Below, piece after piece: positions 52,441 to 64,000 of a stretch of DNA of 64,000 nucleotides. Below the pieces are notes generated by a model. It made no database searches. It had not been told where the DNA came from and worked only from the letters and a program-made list of their open reading frames with translations. Where the stretch lies: NCBI RefSeq assembly GCF_000143415.4, contig NW_003314264.1, forward strand, positions 3,957,229-4,021,228, in the 5' to 3' direction. How positions within the stretch are numbered: position 1 is the first letter of the stretch; each line of letters starts with the position of its first letter. Origin of the DNA: Selaginella moellendorffii. Taxonomy: Eukaryota > Plantae > Lycopodiophyta. A program made the translations under genes and the position numbers.

Positions 52441-53041
52441 ACATAGAGCTATATCATTCCTTTATGATCTAACTAGTAAGGATGATTAATTTTATTAGTC
52501 ATTTCTTTGTCGGTGATGGCTAGAGGGTGTTTAAGTGTTAACATCTTTTGATATAGAAGTTTTGCCACTCATTTAAGTTGGTATATTTCTCACAAAATGT
52601 GTCTTCAATTAGCTTTTAGAGCTATTTTTTTTATAGTTTATTAAACTAGGTATACATTGATGAGGACGTTGATCTTCCAAAGAAGGGGAGTATGTCATAA
52701 ATATGACTTTGAGTATCAACAAATATTTGTTAGCTAATCCTTTTAAACATTTTCTCTTTGCTACTATAACAATAAGAGATTGGTATTATTAGTTCCTTTT
52801 GTTGGCCCTTCTTGGGCTAGTGGAGTTAATTGGACATCTTGAGTATATTTAAACTAGACAAGTATAAAGACATAATTCCTACATGCTATTAACTAATTAT
52901 ACTTAACCCAATAAAGATTCATGTCTCCTTATGTCTTGCATTGGTTAGCAATAAAAACCCTTATATATGAAGCCTAGTCCTTCAATATTATTATATGATA
53001 TTTTACTGTATCTACTAAACACCTTTGCTATCATGCCCCAT

Positions 53042-53660
53042 TGTAACACACTTGATTTTTGAGCTAAACTTCAAGCCCATTATGCTACAAAATAAATATC
53101 TAATATATACTTAATATCCTCTATGAGCATTAACTCTCTATAGCCAACTCTTAGATACAAAACAATATTAAACAGTATTTGGCAAAATTTCAATATGCCA
53201 GTGGCCCAAGCAAAGAGGTGCATACCCCACTAGCTAAAGCAACATGGAACTTGGGCTTAAGCCTAAACTAGATGCCAAATAAAAAATAAAATAGCCCAAT
53301 GGGGGCTAAACTAATACCTCATGCATGCTATCCTTACTTTACATTTAGAACCCTTTATAGCTCCCCCCCCATATGAAACACACACTTTGGAAGTCTTAAG
53401 AGTTCCTAACACTCTCTACATTTTGTAAATATGCCTCTCAGGTAGATTTAGATGTTTATCATAAATAGCATATAGATCCGAAACGAGACCAACATATAAA
53501 ATATAATAGTAAGGGTGTCTGACGGAAATGATGACTAAGCTCAATATCATAAGGGTTCCTAACACTAACAATGCAAGTAAACAAATAAATTTCTCTAATC
53601 AAACCAAGTATCCTTAGTTAATAACATTTAGAAATTCCATTATGCTCATTTGGTTAAGTA
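53042..53660 (-). mobile_element. Inverted degenerate solo LTR of family A
   Basis: tgtaacacacttgatttttgagctaaacttcaagccc is the decayed reverse complement of the LTR-A end; further blocks match the reverse complement of ~27110-27350 and ~33920-34075. Confidence 0.72.
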
Positions 53661-54887
53661 GAGACCACTCAGAATTAGTAGTGCTGAATTAATAATATTG
53701 ATCTTATGTGAGATAATTAGTTATCCACCTAGAATCAGTAATACTGATCTTATATGAGATAATTATTACTTATGTGGATGCCTTACAAGATGATGTACTA
53801 TATATAATTTCAATATTTTAGGGGTAAGAATATACCTTGCTCAAGGGAATATTCATGGATGCTACAAGATGAAAGGACATCCTTTCTTATAATTTCAATT
53901 TTTTGGGGGTAAGAATATGTTTTGCTCAAGAGTATATTATATTTTAAGTAACCATTAATAAATAGGAATCAAACTCATGCTATAACATATCTTAATCCAA
54001 CTGGAAAAAAGGGCAATTACTTAATGAAAGATCTTTTAGTGGCTATTTTATCTTTATTTATCCCCCAAGGTTTTAAGGATCCACAATAACAATATATATA
54101 AATTTTATCCCATAACTACATCTAAAATCCCTAAAAACCATTATATTGTTTTTATATCTCAATTTACAATTTAGTGCCATTCTATATGAAGTAAGTTTTC
54201 CAAAACTAATTCCTAGAATTAAGATGAAAGCCTCGAGGGAGCTTTCGTGTGGGGGGGGGATGGGGAACTCCAAATATATAGATATGTAATAAAGATAGTG
54301 GTTAGAAACATGACTAACCATTTGTGGTTTTGCCAACCAAGGCACAGCTTGTAGTCACACCTTTGACTATTCTATATATCATCATACTTCCTCCACCAAT
54401 TGAGGATGTTCCATCACTTCTGGCACATTCTGTTCTAGAACTAGACTAGAGCTGGAGTATTCAAGAATTCCCAGACCATCATGCATTAGCTTGGGCCTTA
54501 GAGGGGAGTATAAGATCCCATCAAGTGGTAGGATATGGGGAGCAGTGGGGCAAGTGAGGAACTAAGGCTCTTGGGTGTTGCTACAAGCATGCTTAGCTTT
54601 GGCAAAGTGTGAAGAAGACTTCCTACTTAGCATCTTAAGGCCGGGAGCAAATTTTCCTAATGCCTTCCTGCAAGTCTGCAACAATGACTGATGCTTATGT
54701 TAACTTTAGGTGTAACACTTTGCTTAAAACAACTAAATTGGTGTTCTAGCCACCAATGTGATATTTTTTCTTTCTGTATTTGTTATTTTCTCTCTTTTGT
54801 CCAAATTGAATAATATATTATTCTTTAACAAGTAAACCATATTTTGTGTATTTAATTTTAAACCTGACCTAACGAAATGTAGGGTTC

Positions 54888-55501
54888 ATGGCGAGCAATG
54901 CAGCGGCGAGAGCGCAGAAGGAGGCGGATTCGCACCTCAAAGCTCTGATGGCATGGCCAGAGAATCAGAAATGTGCTGACTGTGGAGCCTCCAAGCCTCG
55001 GTTTGCATCCATCACGCTGGCTGTCTTTCTGTGCAATCGCTGCTACGGGATCCATCGCGGCGTCGGTGCTCACATCACGCGCACCAAATGTGTGGGGTTG
55101 GATCGATGGACCCCCGAGGAAGTGCATCGCATGAAATGCATTGGGAATGCGGTCGCAGCGGCATATTGGGAGCGTAAGTGTGAGAACCTCACTCACTTTA
55201 TCTTTCTTTTTATCCTGGACTGATTTGGCGTTCTTTTAATTTTGTAGAGAGACTGCCTCAAGGAATCCAGCGGCCATCGCCGGAATCGCCGGACTCGGAG
55301 GTGGAGAGATGGATCAGAGACAAGTACGAGAAGAGGCTCTTCTGCCCTCCGGATTTGCCTCCTCCGGAAGCTCCAAAGTTTGCGATCGAGGTACTTCAAA
55401 GAGTTTTCTTTGCTGATACTTTGCTAAAAGGCCTTTGACAGGAAACGGGAGCGTCAGTACGTTCTTCAACTTTTCAAGCCGACTGGAAACCATTTGGATA
55501 G
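54888..55501 (+). CDS. Small ArfGAP-domain protein (~160 aa, 3 exons)
   Basis: ENQKCADCGASKPRFAS...FLCNRCYGIHRGVGAHITRTKCVGLDRW (CxxC-16-CxxC with arginine finger), WIRDKYEKR; the third exon ends DWKPFG*. Confidence 0.85.
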
Positions 55502-56515
55502 ATGGATACGTTTGGAATCCAAGTGCCTGGAACTTCTGTTACTTGATAGCGATTTCTGGCTTGCGTGCCGCAGCCGGAATAGTTAGATCCAAGAGATCCA
55601 AGGGAGTTCTGGTCTTCTACAACTCCACAAACTAAGTACACAAGCTTTTTTTTACCTTCTGGCAAGCTGGCGGGGCATGTTTTCTTAACTTGTCCCTTAG
55701 ATGTCACTTTTCACCAAAAGAGTTTTGGCAAGATCCGCACCGGGATAGCGATTGATCGCTCCCGCTAACTATCCAATTTCTGTTCATGATGTGGCTCTCT
55801 CCGAGCAAGATGTGTCGCTTTTACAAAAGCTGACGTGAGTCCTCTCTGTCGCCAGCGAGATCCGTGCTCGCTTTGCCAGCCACACACCAATTACATCTCG
55901 AGAAGTTACGCGAGAACATTTGTTTCAAGAATGGCTGACGGACTCGTCGTTGGATTGATCCCCAGGAAGACAAAGGGAGGCCACGTCGGAAAGTCGGGCA
56001 AAGACAGGAGATCATCAATCATCAACTTGTTTCGTGTAGGTTTGATCAACTTCCGGTCCGCAGGTCAACGCAAATTAAACCTTCCCACATGGCCAGACCT
56101 AGAAGCATTGCTCATCAATGAGGTCAGCGTGGAATCATTAACGGGTCCACCCTGGTCAACGTATGGTCAATTGAGGTCAACACTCTGGCACGCTTCTAAC
56201 ACTCGCACCAACCACAATAGATCCCCCTGGAATCTTGGTGGATCCCCCTCCTTTACAGCGGTGTGGGATGGTTTGGCTTTGCGCCGGGGCGAGTCTTGTG
56301 TGAACCACGTGGATTTTGTTTTGAGCAATAACGCCATTTCTTTGTACTTCCAACTTGGGTGACGGAAATGTACAGGGCGACTTGATCGCCAATCCTATCA
56401 ATCAAGCTGCTATCAATCTAGAGCCTTTACTCTCCTATAAGTTGAGAAGCTTATAAATGGTGGTGGTGGTGGTAGTGTTGTGAAATGTATACTGTTGAGC
56501 TGATCCTCCCGATCA

Positions 56516-57639
56516 TCAATAGACGAGAGCCGAGAGTTTCTTGTTGGAGAGGATCTGCTCATTGCTGCCAAGGAAACGAGCGCGAAAGTCGAGTCAGAGA
56601 AGATGGAAGTGCCAGTTTGATTGATAGATAACCAAACCTTTTCTTGACATTGCTGCCAGTGACAATGTCTCCAAAGCATATGTATCTCCCCACCGCGTTT
56701 GGCTTCTCCAGAGCTACGAGATGCGCAGACGCAACTTCTTCAACGTGAGCGTACGCCAGCACTTCGTCACGGTGGAGTTCCCTCACTCCTGGTCCATTTT
56801 GACAAAAGATTATCGCTCGTTCAAACTTGTAAGTTCTTGGAGAGTTACCTTGGATCGAGGGATCCCGGGAAACAACCGTGGCCGGATTTAAGACCACCAT
56901 ATCGAGGCCTTTGTCGAGGGCGAGAGCCCAGGCAGCGCGCTCGGCCAACGTTTTCGAGAGAGGCGACCATAGCTGAGCTCAAGAACAAGACAAGGAATAG
57001 TGTCAGGGAGACAGTGTGATGGACACACACGCAAATCTTACCTTGTTTTCTCTGCAAAAATCGAGATTTGTCCAGCACTTCTCGTCCAGAGAAGTTTCCT
57101 CCTGCGTGTAGACAATGGTGGAGAGACACGAGGTAAGAACCAAGCGCCTCACGGTCTCGGAGTTGGCGCATGCCTCCACGACATTGAGAACTCCCTTGAT
57201 TTCGTACTCGATCATATCGGCCTGGAAGAAAAAGAAGAAAGAATCTTTCTAGCTCGCAAGAAAAACATTAAACGAGAGTGTTTCTTTGGCTCACCGGATA
57301 GTCTCGCATTCCATTCATGTCGTGTGGCGCTGGCGAGTGGATCACTCCCGAGCAGCCCCGGATCGTCTTTGCGAGGCTCTTGTAATTGAGAACGTCGACC
57401 GAGACGAGGTGGAGCCTTTGCGCGGCTCCTGGCAAAGATTGGAGCTGGGAAAGCTCCTCTGCGAGGGATCACAGCTCGTTAGGAAGATCACATCATGATC
57501 CAAAGAACCTACCTGAGCTTAGATGGACTCCACAGCGAACAGAGTATCCTCGCTCCAGCAGCAGCTTCACAATCGAAGAGCCCATCAATTCCCAGCTCCC
57601 GGTGACACACACGAGATCGACAGTGTCCTCAGCACCCAT
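56516..57639 (-). CDS. Cinnamoyl-CoA reductase-like SDR (SNL6/CCR-like subgroup), catalytic Tyr replaced
   Basis: VCVTGSWELMG..LLERGYSVR, EIKGVLNVVEACA..VRRLVLTSCLS, DEKCWTNLDFCRENK|LWSPLSKTLAERAAWALA, MVVLNPATV, GRYICF, last exon SNEQILSNKKLSALVY*. Confidence 0.85.
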
Positions 57640-58037
57640 TGTAAGACCAGAGAAATAAAAACAAGAAAAGAAACAAGGGAGAGAGAGAGACGAGAGATCA
57701 AAGAGTGGCGGCGATGAGTGGAGGAATTGGGGGGCGCGGGGCGGGATTTTATAAGCAGGAGCAACGAGAGGCCACGAAACCCAAGTCGGGTAAAAAGGCG
57801 AAACGTGGAGGGAGTCAATCTATGGCGGGGTTGACTCGCGGCGACCGGCAACGACCGCGAGAAGATGGCTGGCTATGGCGCGCCGAGAGAAAGAGAGAAT
57901 GACATTAAATACGTACAGGTGGGGAGACAAGATCGTGGCCGTTCGTTGCGGGCGGTAAATGCGACATAAGCAACGGTGATGGTGCTAATACTATGGGTTT
58001 TATTCAAATGATTTTGATTTGATTGATTAATCATAGA

Positions 58038-58834
58038 CTAGCACTCAGTAGCGATGCTCTTGGCCACAGATTCTACAGTGGAGGGTGTCATGCAGTTTTC
58101 TCCCAAAATCCACTCGATAATGGAAGTGGAAACGTTCTCGTTGTTGACAATGAATCTGGAAGGAGCTTTTGATCCTTCCTCGCGAACGAAAACCTGTGAG
58201 AATCATACATTGATTTGGAGAAAAATCTTTCCTGAGAGGAATTTTTGAGATCTTGCCTCAACGTGAGAGCTTGACGATGGCCAGGAGTAGACGATGGTGG
58301 AGTTTGGCTCCAGTTTCTTGCTCTGGAAGAACTCGCAGAGATTTGCGAGAGCTATCTCCTCGTCCTCCTCGTATTTGTCATCGTAGGCTAGCCTGTCGCG
58401 AATGCTAGTCTCGATTGTGGATGCGTACTGGCTCCCAAGTTGCCCCTTGACGAGCAAGATCTTGATGAGCTTAGAAACCGGAGCTGCGAATGTTTTCTAA
58501 GATTTTATTTTTTCTTCCCGAGCGAAAAGAATTGAATCACTCACCTTGTATGAGCTGCTGGAAAAACTCACTGCCATCCTTGAGGAGCTCGGATACCGGG
58601 AGGCACTTGAAGGACTGGAGATGATCCTTGACTTCCGGAGCAAAGTAAACGCCGATCTTGGTGAAGATGACGTGAATTGTCTCGATGGTCATGTCCGTGA
58701 TGCCTGCGAAAAAAGCAATGGTCCGCAATCACAGCGAGCAGCAAACAGAGATTTTTACCATGCCCCAGGAGAATGAGTGTCTCCGACGAGGAGGGAGATT
58801 GAATGGATTGCGCAAAAGTGGGATCCATCTCCAT
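58038..58834 (-). CDS. CHIL: Chalcone isomerase-like protein (type IV CHI fold, CHIL/EFP), 4 exons
   Basis: Spliced: MEMDPTFAQSI...LILLGH|GITDMTIETIHVIFTKIGVY...FFQQLIQ|APVSKLIKILLVK...GSQYASTIETSIRDRLAYDDKYEEDEEIALANLCEFFQSK...|VFVREEG...VNNENV...EWILG...TPSTVESVAKSI. Carries the CHIL signatures GITD, RDRLAxxDKYEE and FFQSK. Confidence 0.9.
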
Positions 58835-59122
58835 CGCTTGAGCTTGGCCACTGGAGAAAGAAGCACGAAAGTAAGAAGAAAAAGAGAATTCAAGTGCTTC
58901 TTTGCGTACTCCAAAGCATTGAAGACAGATGAGAGGAGGGCATTGGGGAAACGTTGAGAAGATCGACAGTAGCCACGTCTTTGCTGTGTGAGGTCCCAAA
59001 CTCCGCTGATTCTCCTCCTACCCGACGACGGCTTGACTGGCCGGTGTCAAAGGGAATTATTAGGGTTCTTCATCGACCTTTAATCCATTTGAAATATTTG
59101 TAATGTTATGTGCCCTAAATCG

Positions 59123-61047
59123 ATGAGAGCATTGAGGAGCATGAAGGCGATGCTCGCCTTGGGTGGGATCACTGCGGTGTGGCTCTTCTTCCAATGGATC
59201 ATGCTTCTAGGTACCAACATTGGATCTATCTCCTCAAATCCTCTTCCTATCGTTTTTTTTTGGTTTGGATTTCTAGTTCCAAAGCCCTGGGTTTCTCTAT
59301 CGCATGAAGATAAGAGCACATTGAAGGAGTTCCATGGTAAATTTCATCAGTGTGTTGTAAGTGCTGGCGAGCTTATCAAGTTTTATCCTGGCTGCGATGA
59401 TTTGCTTGCAGCGAACAAACGGGATTGGAATCTACAGCAGGTCTATGGATTACTGCACTGCAAACTTCTACTTTTCTCATGATACTGAAGCGAAATGGGT
59501 ATGCTTCAATAGTTTTCATGGTTGTTTTGATCTCCTCGCTTGTGTTACAGACGGATCCAAAGACTGGAAATCTCGAGCCTGTCACTTACAATCTGGATTT
59601 GTGCGAGGCAATGAGAATCTGGGAACAAGTGAGTTTTTTTTTTTGTTTTCTTGACATCGTTTTTTGAATGAACTTAAAATTTGCTCCAGGTTCGCAACAG
59701 CAGTACGATTCTTACAAAGGAATACATCGATGGTTTACCAAATGGCTGGCATGACTACGCTTGGAAGAGAATCAACAAAGGCATTTTGCTGTATGTGATT
59801 CTTTTTCTTTTGGTTTTATTACCATTAAACATGACAACGCACAGGAGAAATTGCGAGGATAAAAAGCTGTGCTTGGATAAACTGTCGAAAGTGCTGCCAG
59901 ATACTCCACCGTTTGTGCCTCGTCAATTTGGACGCTGTGCTGTTGTGGGAAATTCTGGTGACTTGCTCAAGGCAAAGTTTGGCAGGGAAATAGACGGCTT
60001 CGACGCTGTAGTAAGGCATAATGGTGCTCCAATAGAGGTAAATGATTTTTTTTCTTTACGATTCATGTTATCATTCGATATCCTGATAGTTCGTGACAGA
60101 ACTATACAGATTATGTTGGCTCCAAGCGTAGCTTTCGACTTCTCAACCGCGGATCTGCTAAGGCGTTGGACAAAGTAGCAGAATTGGATGGTTAGTAGCT
60201 TTAAGTTTTTTATGTTCTATAGTTAAATGGATATCTCAGGAACGGGAAAGGAAGTTCTGATTGTCAAAACCACGATCCATGACGTGATGTCGAAAATGAT
60301 CAAGGTAATCTTTCTGTCGTCTCTGGTTTCTCGTTTAAGCTCTATAGTTTCATCAGGAAATACCGATCATCAATCCAGTTTATTTGATGCTCGGTGCGTC
60401 CTTAAGCTCTTCGGCAAAGGGGACCGGTGTGAAAGCTTTGGAGTTTGCATTGTCAGTTTGCGAGACGGTGGATATCTACGGATTTACTGTCGATCCTGGC
60501 TACGTTGAATGGTTTCTTTCTCTTTCTTTACTTTTTTCCTGCTGCTTGAATTCTACTTCACGTTTTTACAGGTCTCGGTATTTCTCGGAATCAAGAGGCG
60601 GTCACACTCCGCTACTGGGAAGAGCTTATTACCAAATGATGGAGTGCTTAGGAGTAAGAAGAACTACTTCATCTCGATGATTTAGCTAATCCATTGCGTT
60701 TTGCAGCTAATCCGGATCCACTCGCCAATGCGCTTGGCAAGGGGCAGCAAAAGTGGCCAAGTTCCCAGCAAAAGCACTCTTGATGCTGCAAGAAGAGTTT
60801 CTCAAAAGATAGTGAGGTGAGCTTTCTTACACTGTAGAAAAGTCACTCAAGTTTTTTGTGGTCCTCACGCAGGAACGATGCTCACAGTGATCCACTGAGC
60901 TCTTGTTCTATATGGAAAAAGAGGTCGCACGGCCATCGCCGTGTGCTTCCAGCGAGTAAAAAAGCGGCCGAGCACGATAGCGTCGTAAAGAGCGTCACTC
61001 AGTACCCACTAGAGCATGGCACTGGGATGCTTTGTGTCCAAAGCTAG
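59123..61047 (+). CDS. Sialyltransferase-like protein (GT29, SIA2/SIA1 type), multi-exon
   Basis: Type II anchor; L-sialylmotif [12 protein letters not shown]...[18 protein letters not shown]; S-motif [23 protein letters not shown]; GHTPL; ends [14 protein letters not shown]. Confidence 0.9.
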
Positions 61048-61506
61048 CGCGTTTGCTCCACCTTTGAAGTCCCAACAGGTGGGCGTTTCGAATCCCGACG
61101 CGTGCAAAGCTTGCTCCATTGCCACGCGTCAAAATTATTTCCCTTCTCGGATACCAGCATTCAAAAAATTTCTTTTTTATGGCGTACAGATTTTAGGGCG
61201 TAGCGATTCCAGCGCTCTGGCGGGAGCGGCGAGCTCCGGGCGAAGCTTGTAAGTCTCTACTCGTAGATGTTAGCTGCGATTTCTTCGTGTGATGCACTGG
61301 ACTTTCTCGCGGCATTGGCTAGAATGCGAGCTGCTTGAGCTTAATCCATCGCTCTTTCTCCGGAAGAACTTTCGCGATTGAGTTTAGTCCATGTTAGAGC
61401 TGCTTGAACAATCGAATTCATCGGTTAGAAGAGGGAATTCTCACTCTTTATGGTTTTTTTTTGTGTTCCAGATATTGGAAGGATATTTTTCTGGATGTAT
61501 ATCTAG

Positions 61507-64000
61507 ATGGTTGTTTCTTTGGCGGTGGCTCCAGTGCCCTTGTACACAGCAATTGCCGGAGCCTGTGGAAGTACTATCGCGAGCACTCATCACAACAACG
61601 AGGCTGATGGAAAGGTGAAGCTTTCAACGTTTTTACGTATCGACTCGCGGGGGGTTCCGTTCTATGGTTTGAAGGCAGACCTCCATTTTCTATCGTCGAA
61701 ACGCTGGCGCTATACACTCTTGACGTGCGTCGCGTTGGACAAGGGATGGAGCCAGAAGCGTAGCGGCGATTCGGGTTTTAAGCCGCTGGTAGAGCACACG
61801 TACAGAACTGCTGCAAGTTTAGTGTCCGAAGCCACAGGAAAGGAGAAGAGTTTTGAGGCTACAGTTGCTACAGGTTCTACTCCAAGTTCATCATGGGACT
61901 ATGCGAACTCGTCCAGGGTGCTCGGTGCCTCTCGGTTTGCTGTCCTCCTTGGAGTGGTGATCACGATTTTTGGAGCTGTGTCATTGACGGCTGTTTTATT
62001 TGGAAGGTGGTGGAATCGGTTGAGAAATCAAGACAGGAATGATTTGAAGACAAGTGATTCTTGGCCTGGAGGAGTCGCAAGTCCGTCAGTTGTGTTTGAG
62101 GCTCCCTCGGCTTTTTCGTTCTTTCTGAAGAAAGACTTGAAGCGGAAAGAGTCTGTAGAATGGGTGAACATGGTTCTTGGCAAGCTCTGGAAGATATATC
62201 GCCGTGGCTTGGAAACCTGGCTCGTTGGACTTCTTCAGCCTCTGATCGACAATCTTCATAAGCCGAGCTATGTGCGGAGAGTTGTGATCCAGCAATTCAA
62301 CTTGGGAGACGAACCCTTGACGGTAAGAAGTGTGGAACGAAGAACATCTCGTCGAGCGAATGACTTGCAGTAAGTTGACGTGACTGTGACTATGTGAGTA
62401 CTGACTGCTTTTTTATCAAGGTACCATATAGGCCTCAGGTACACGGGTGAAGCAAAGATGCGTCTTATGATCACTTTAAGCGCCGGCTTTCTTCCTGTCA
62501 TGATTCCTGTTGGAGTTCGGGGTTTCGATGTGGATGGAGAAATTTGGGTGAAACTACGATTGGTTCCGTCAGAGCCGTGGATCGGCACCGCAACCTGGGC
62601 CTTCGTATCTTTGCCAAAAATAATTCTGGCCTTGGCACCTTTTGGTCTTTTCAACATAATGAGTAAGTGAGCTACTGCTCTTTGAGCCTTACTAATCATT
62701 ATTTTTGTGTCCTACACCAGCATTTCCGTTCATTTCAAGGTATTTAATACTTCAATTTCTGGCTCTCTTAAGTTTTGATTGCGTGCATGAAGATTTTTGA
62801 CAAAGCTGCTTACCGAAGATCTGCCACAGCTGTTTGTAAGGCCGAACAAGATAGTTGTCAATTTTCTAAAAAATCCGGCAAGTGGTCCATTTGCTCAACA
62901 GTTTCAAGACGAAGGTGTTAACGTGGAAGGCAGCAAAGACTTTACTGGGGAGTTGTCTGTCACTCTAATGGATGCACGGAAGCTGAAGTATTTCCCAATT
63001 GGTGAGTTCTATTTTTTGGATTTGAACGATTTCATTGACATTATTGTACCTCCCAGGTAAAACTGATCCATATGTAAAACTGATGTTGGGCGATCAAGTG
63101 ATTCGTAGCAAGAAAAACAGCCAAACATCTATCATCGGACCTCCGGGAGCCCCGATATGGAATCAAGTAAGTTTTTCTTCGTTTACAAACGATACGACGG
63201 TGTTTGGTGCATTTACAGGACTTTCAGCTGCTGGTTGAGGACCCAAAGACCCAAAAAGTAGCAGTCCGTGTTCGAGATACCGTTGGCTTGGGAGTTTTCA
63301 CTATCGGTTATGGCGAGGTAAATGATCCTTCAGTCTGAAAACTATGTACTGATGTGCCTCTTTGTTTTGTAGATTGATCTGAGCACACTACAAGATACCG
63401 TTCCTGTTGATAAAATCGTGACACTTCGAGGTGGCTGGGGTTTTCCTAAACGTTTTGCTGGAGAGATTATGGTCCGATTGACTTACAAGGCATATGTGGA
63501 AGATGATGAGGAAGAAGATGACGGGCCTTTCAATCAACTCTCGGACGTCGAATTGGACTCGGACAAGGACGAGTTTAGTACGAGGAAATTCTTTCGCAAG
63601 AAGAGGAGACTGGACTTTCTGAGGGACTTATTCGCTGCTGTGAACGTCGTCATCAAGGACTTCGGCTACGATAACGTCCTTGTAGAACCAAAGAAATTCG
63701 TCGACAAGAAGCGAGAACACGCTCAAGGTGATGGTCACAGGGGATCATCTCAAAGTGAACCGAGGCGTCAGGGTGATACGGGACGGCTACCGCCTTCAAA
63801 AGCCAAACACAGACAGGTGCCACCATCTCAAAGTGACGATGGCGCTGGGAAGAAATCACAGGAGGTGACGGGCCAGGGAAACTTGCAAGAACCAAGACCC
63901 GATATTCCTGCACAGACACCGGAAGCCGAGAAAGAACAAGCCGAAAACGAACAAGCTGAGGAGGAGACAAGAAGAACGAGCTTGAACTCCGGAGGTGGAA
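61507..64000 (+). CDS. SMP + C2 domain synaptotagmin-like protein (NTMC2T5/tricalbin-like), runs off the window
   Basis: Transit-peptide-like N-terminus, TM, KESVEWVNMVLGKLWKIY (SMP), VERRTSRRANDLQ|YHIGLRYTG, C2 domain GELSVTLMDARKL...GKTDPYV...GAPIWNQ. Confidence 0.9.

Larger units (their letters stand above)
45190..53040 (+). mobile_element. Old degenerate copy of chromovirus family A (host of the nest): pol remnant ~45190-45870, 3' non-coding pieces ~50425-50570 and ~52440-52693, 3' LTR part from 52694
   Basis: 45421-45870 aligns with ~31400-31830; 50440-50565 aligns with ~32765-32915; 52450-52740 aligns with ~33090-33410, including PPT and LTR start tgtcataaatatgact. Confidence 0.8.

Noticed and set aside
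55784-55838. Possible C/D-box snoRNA (ATGATGT...CTGA)
   Set aside because: Imperfect C box, too short, and no rRNA-complementary guide recognised.

Overview
Eukaryotic plant genomic DNA with compact genes and short (about 50-150 nt) introns. It is almost certainly the lycophyte Selaginella moellendorffii, inferred from the intron style and a head-to-head COMT / CYP788A1(F5H)-like pair. Genes left to right: beta-tubulin (partial, -), ACT-repeat ACR protein (+), PERK receptor kinase (-), captured SnRK1 and other gene fragments, CYP72-clan P450 (+), a collapsed tandem duplicate of PERK and CYP pieces, GYF-domain EXA1/GIGYF-like protein (-), mitochondrial HSP60 (+), a full-length but disabled Ty3/gypsy chromovirus with intact LTRs and TSD, the divergent COMT(-)/F5H(+) syringyl-lignin pair, a multilayer TE nest containing Cassandra-type TRIMs with 5S-rRNA-derived LTR segments, a minimal ArfGAP (+), a CCR-like SDR lacking the catalytic Tyr (-), a chalcone isomerase-like CHIL (-), a GT29 sialyltransferase-like gene (+) and an SMP/C2 NTMC2T5-like gene (+, partial). 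Most interesting: (1) the known COMT-F5H pair sits about 15 kb from two tandem, apparently non-catalytic phenylpropanoid-family genes (CCR-like, CHIL), suggesting a larger phenylpropanoid neighbourhood; (2) 5S-bearing Cassandra-like TRIMs of two ages in a lycophyte. Exon boundaries and alignments were read by eye, so coordinates are approximate where stated.
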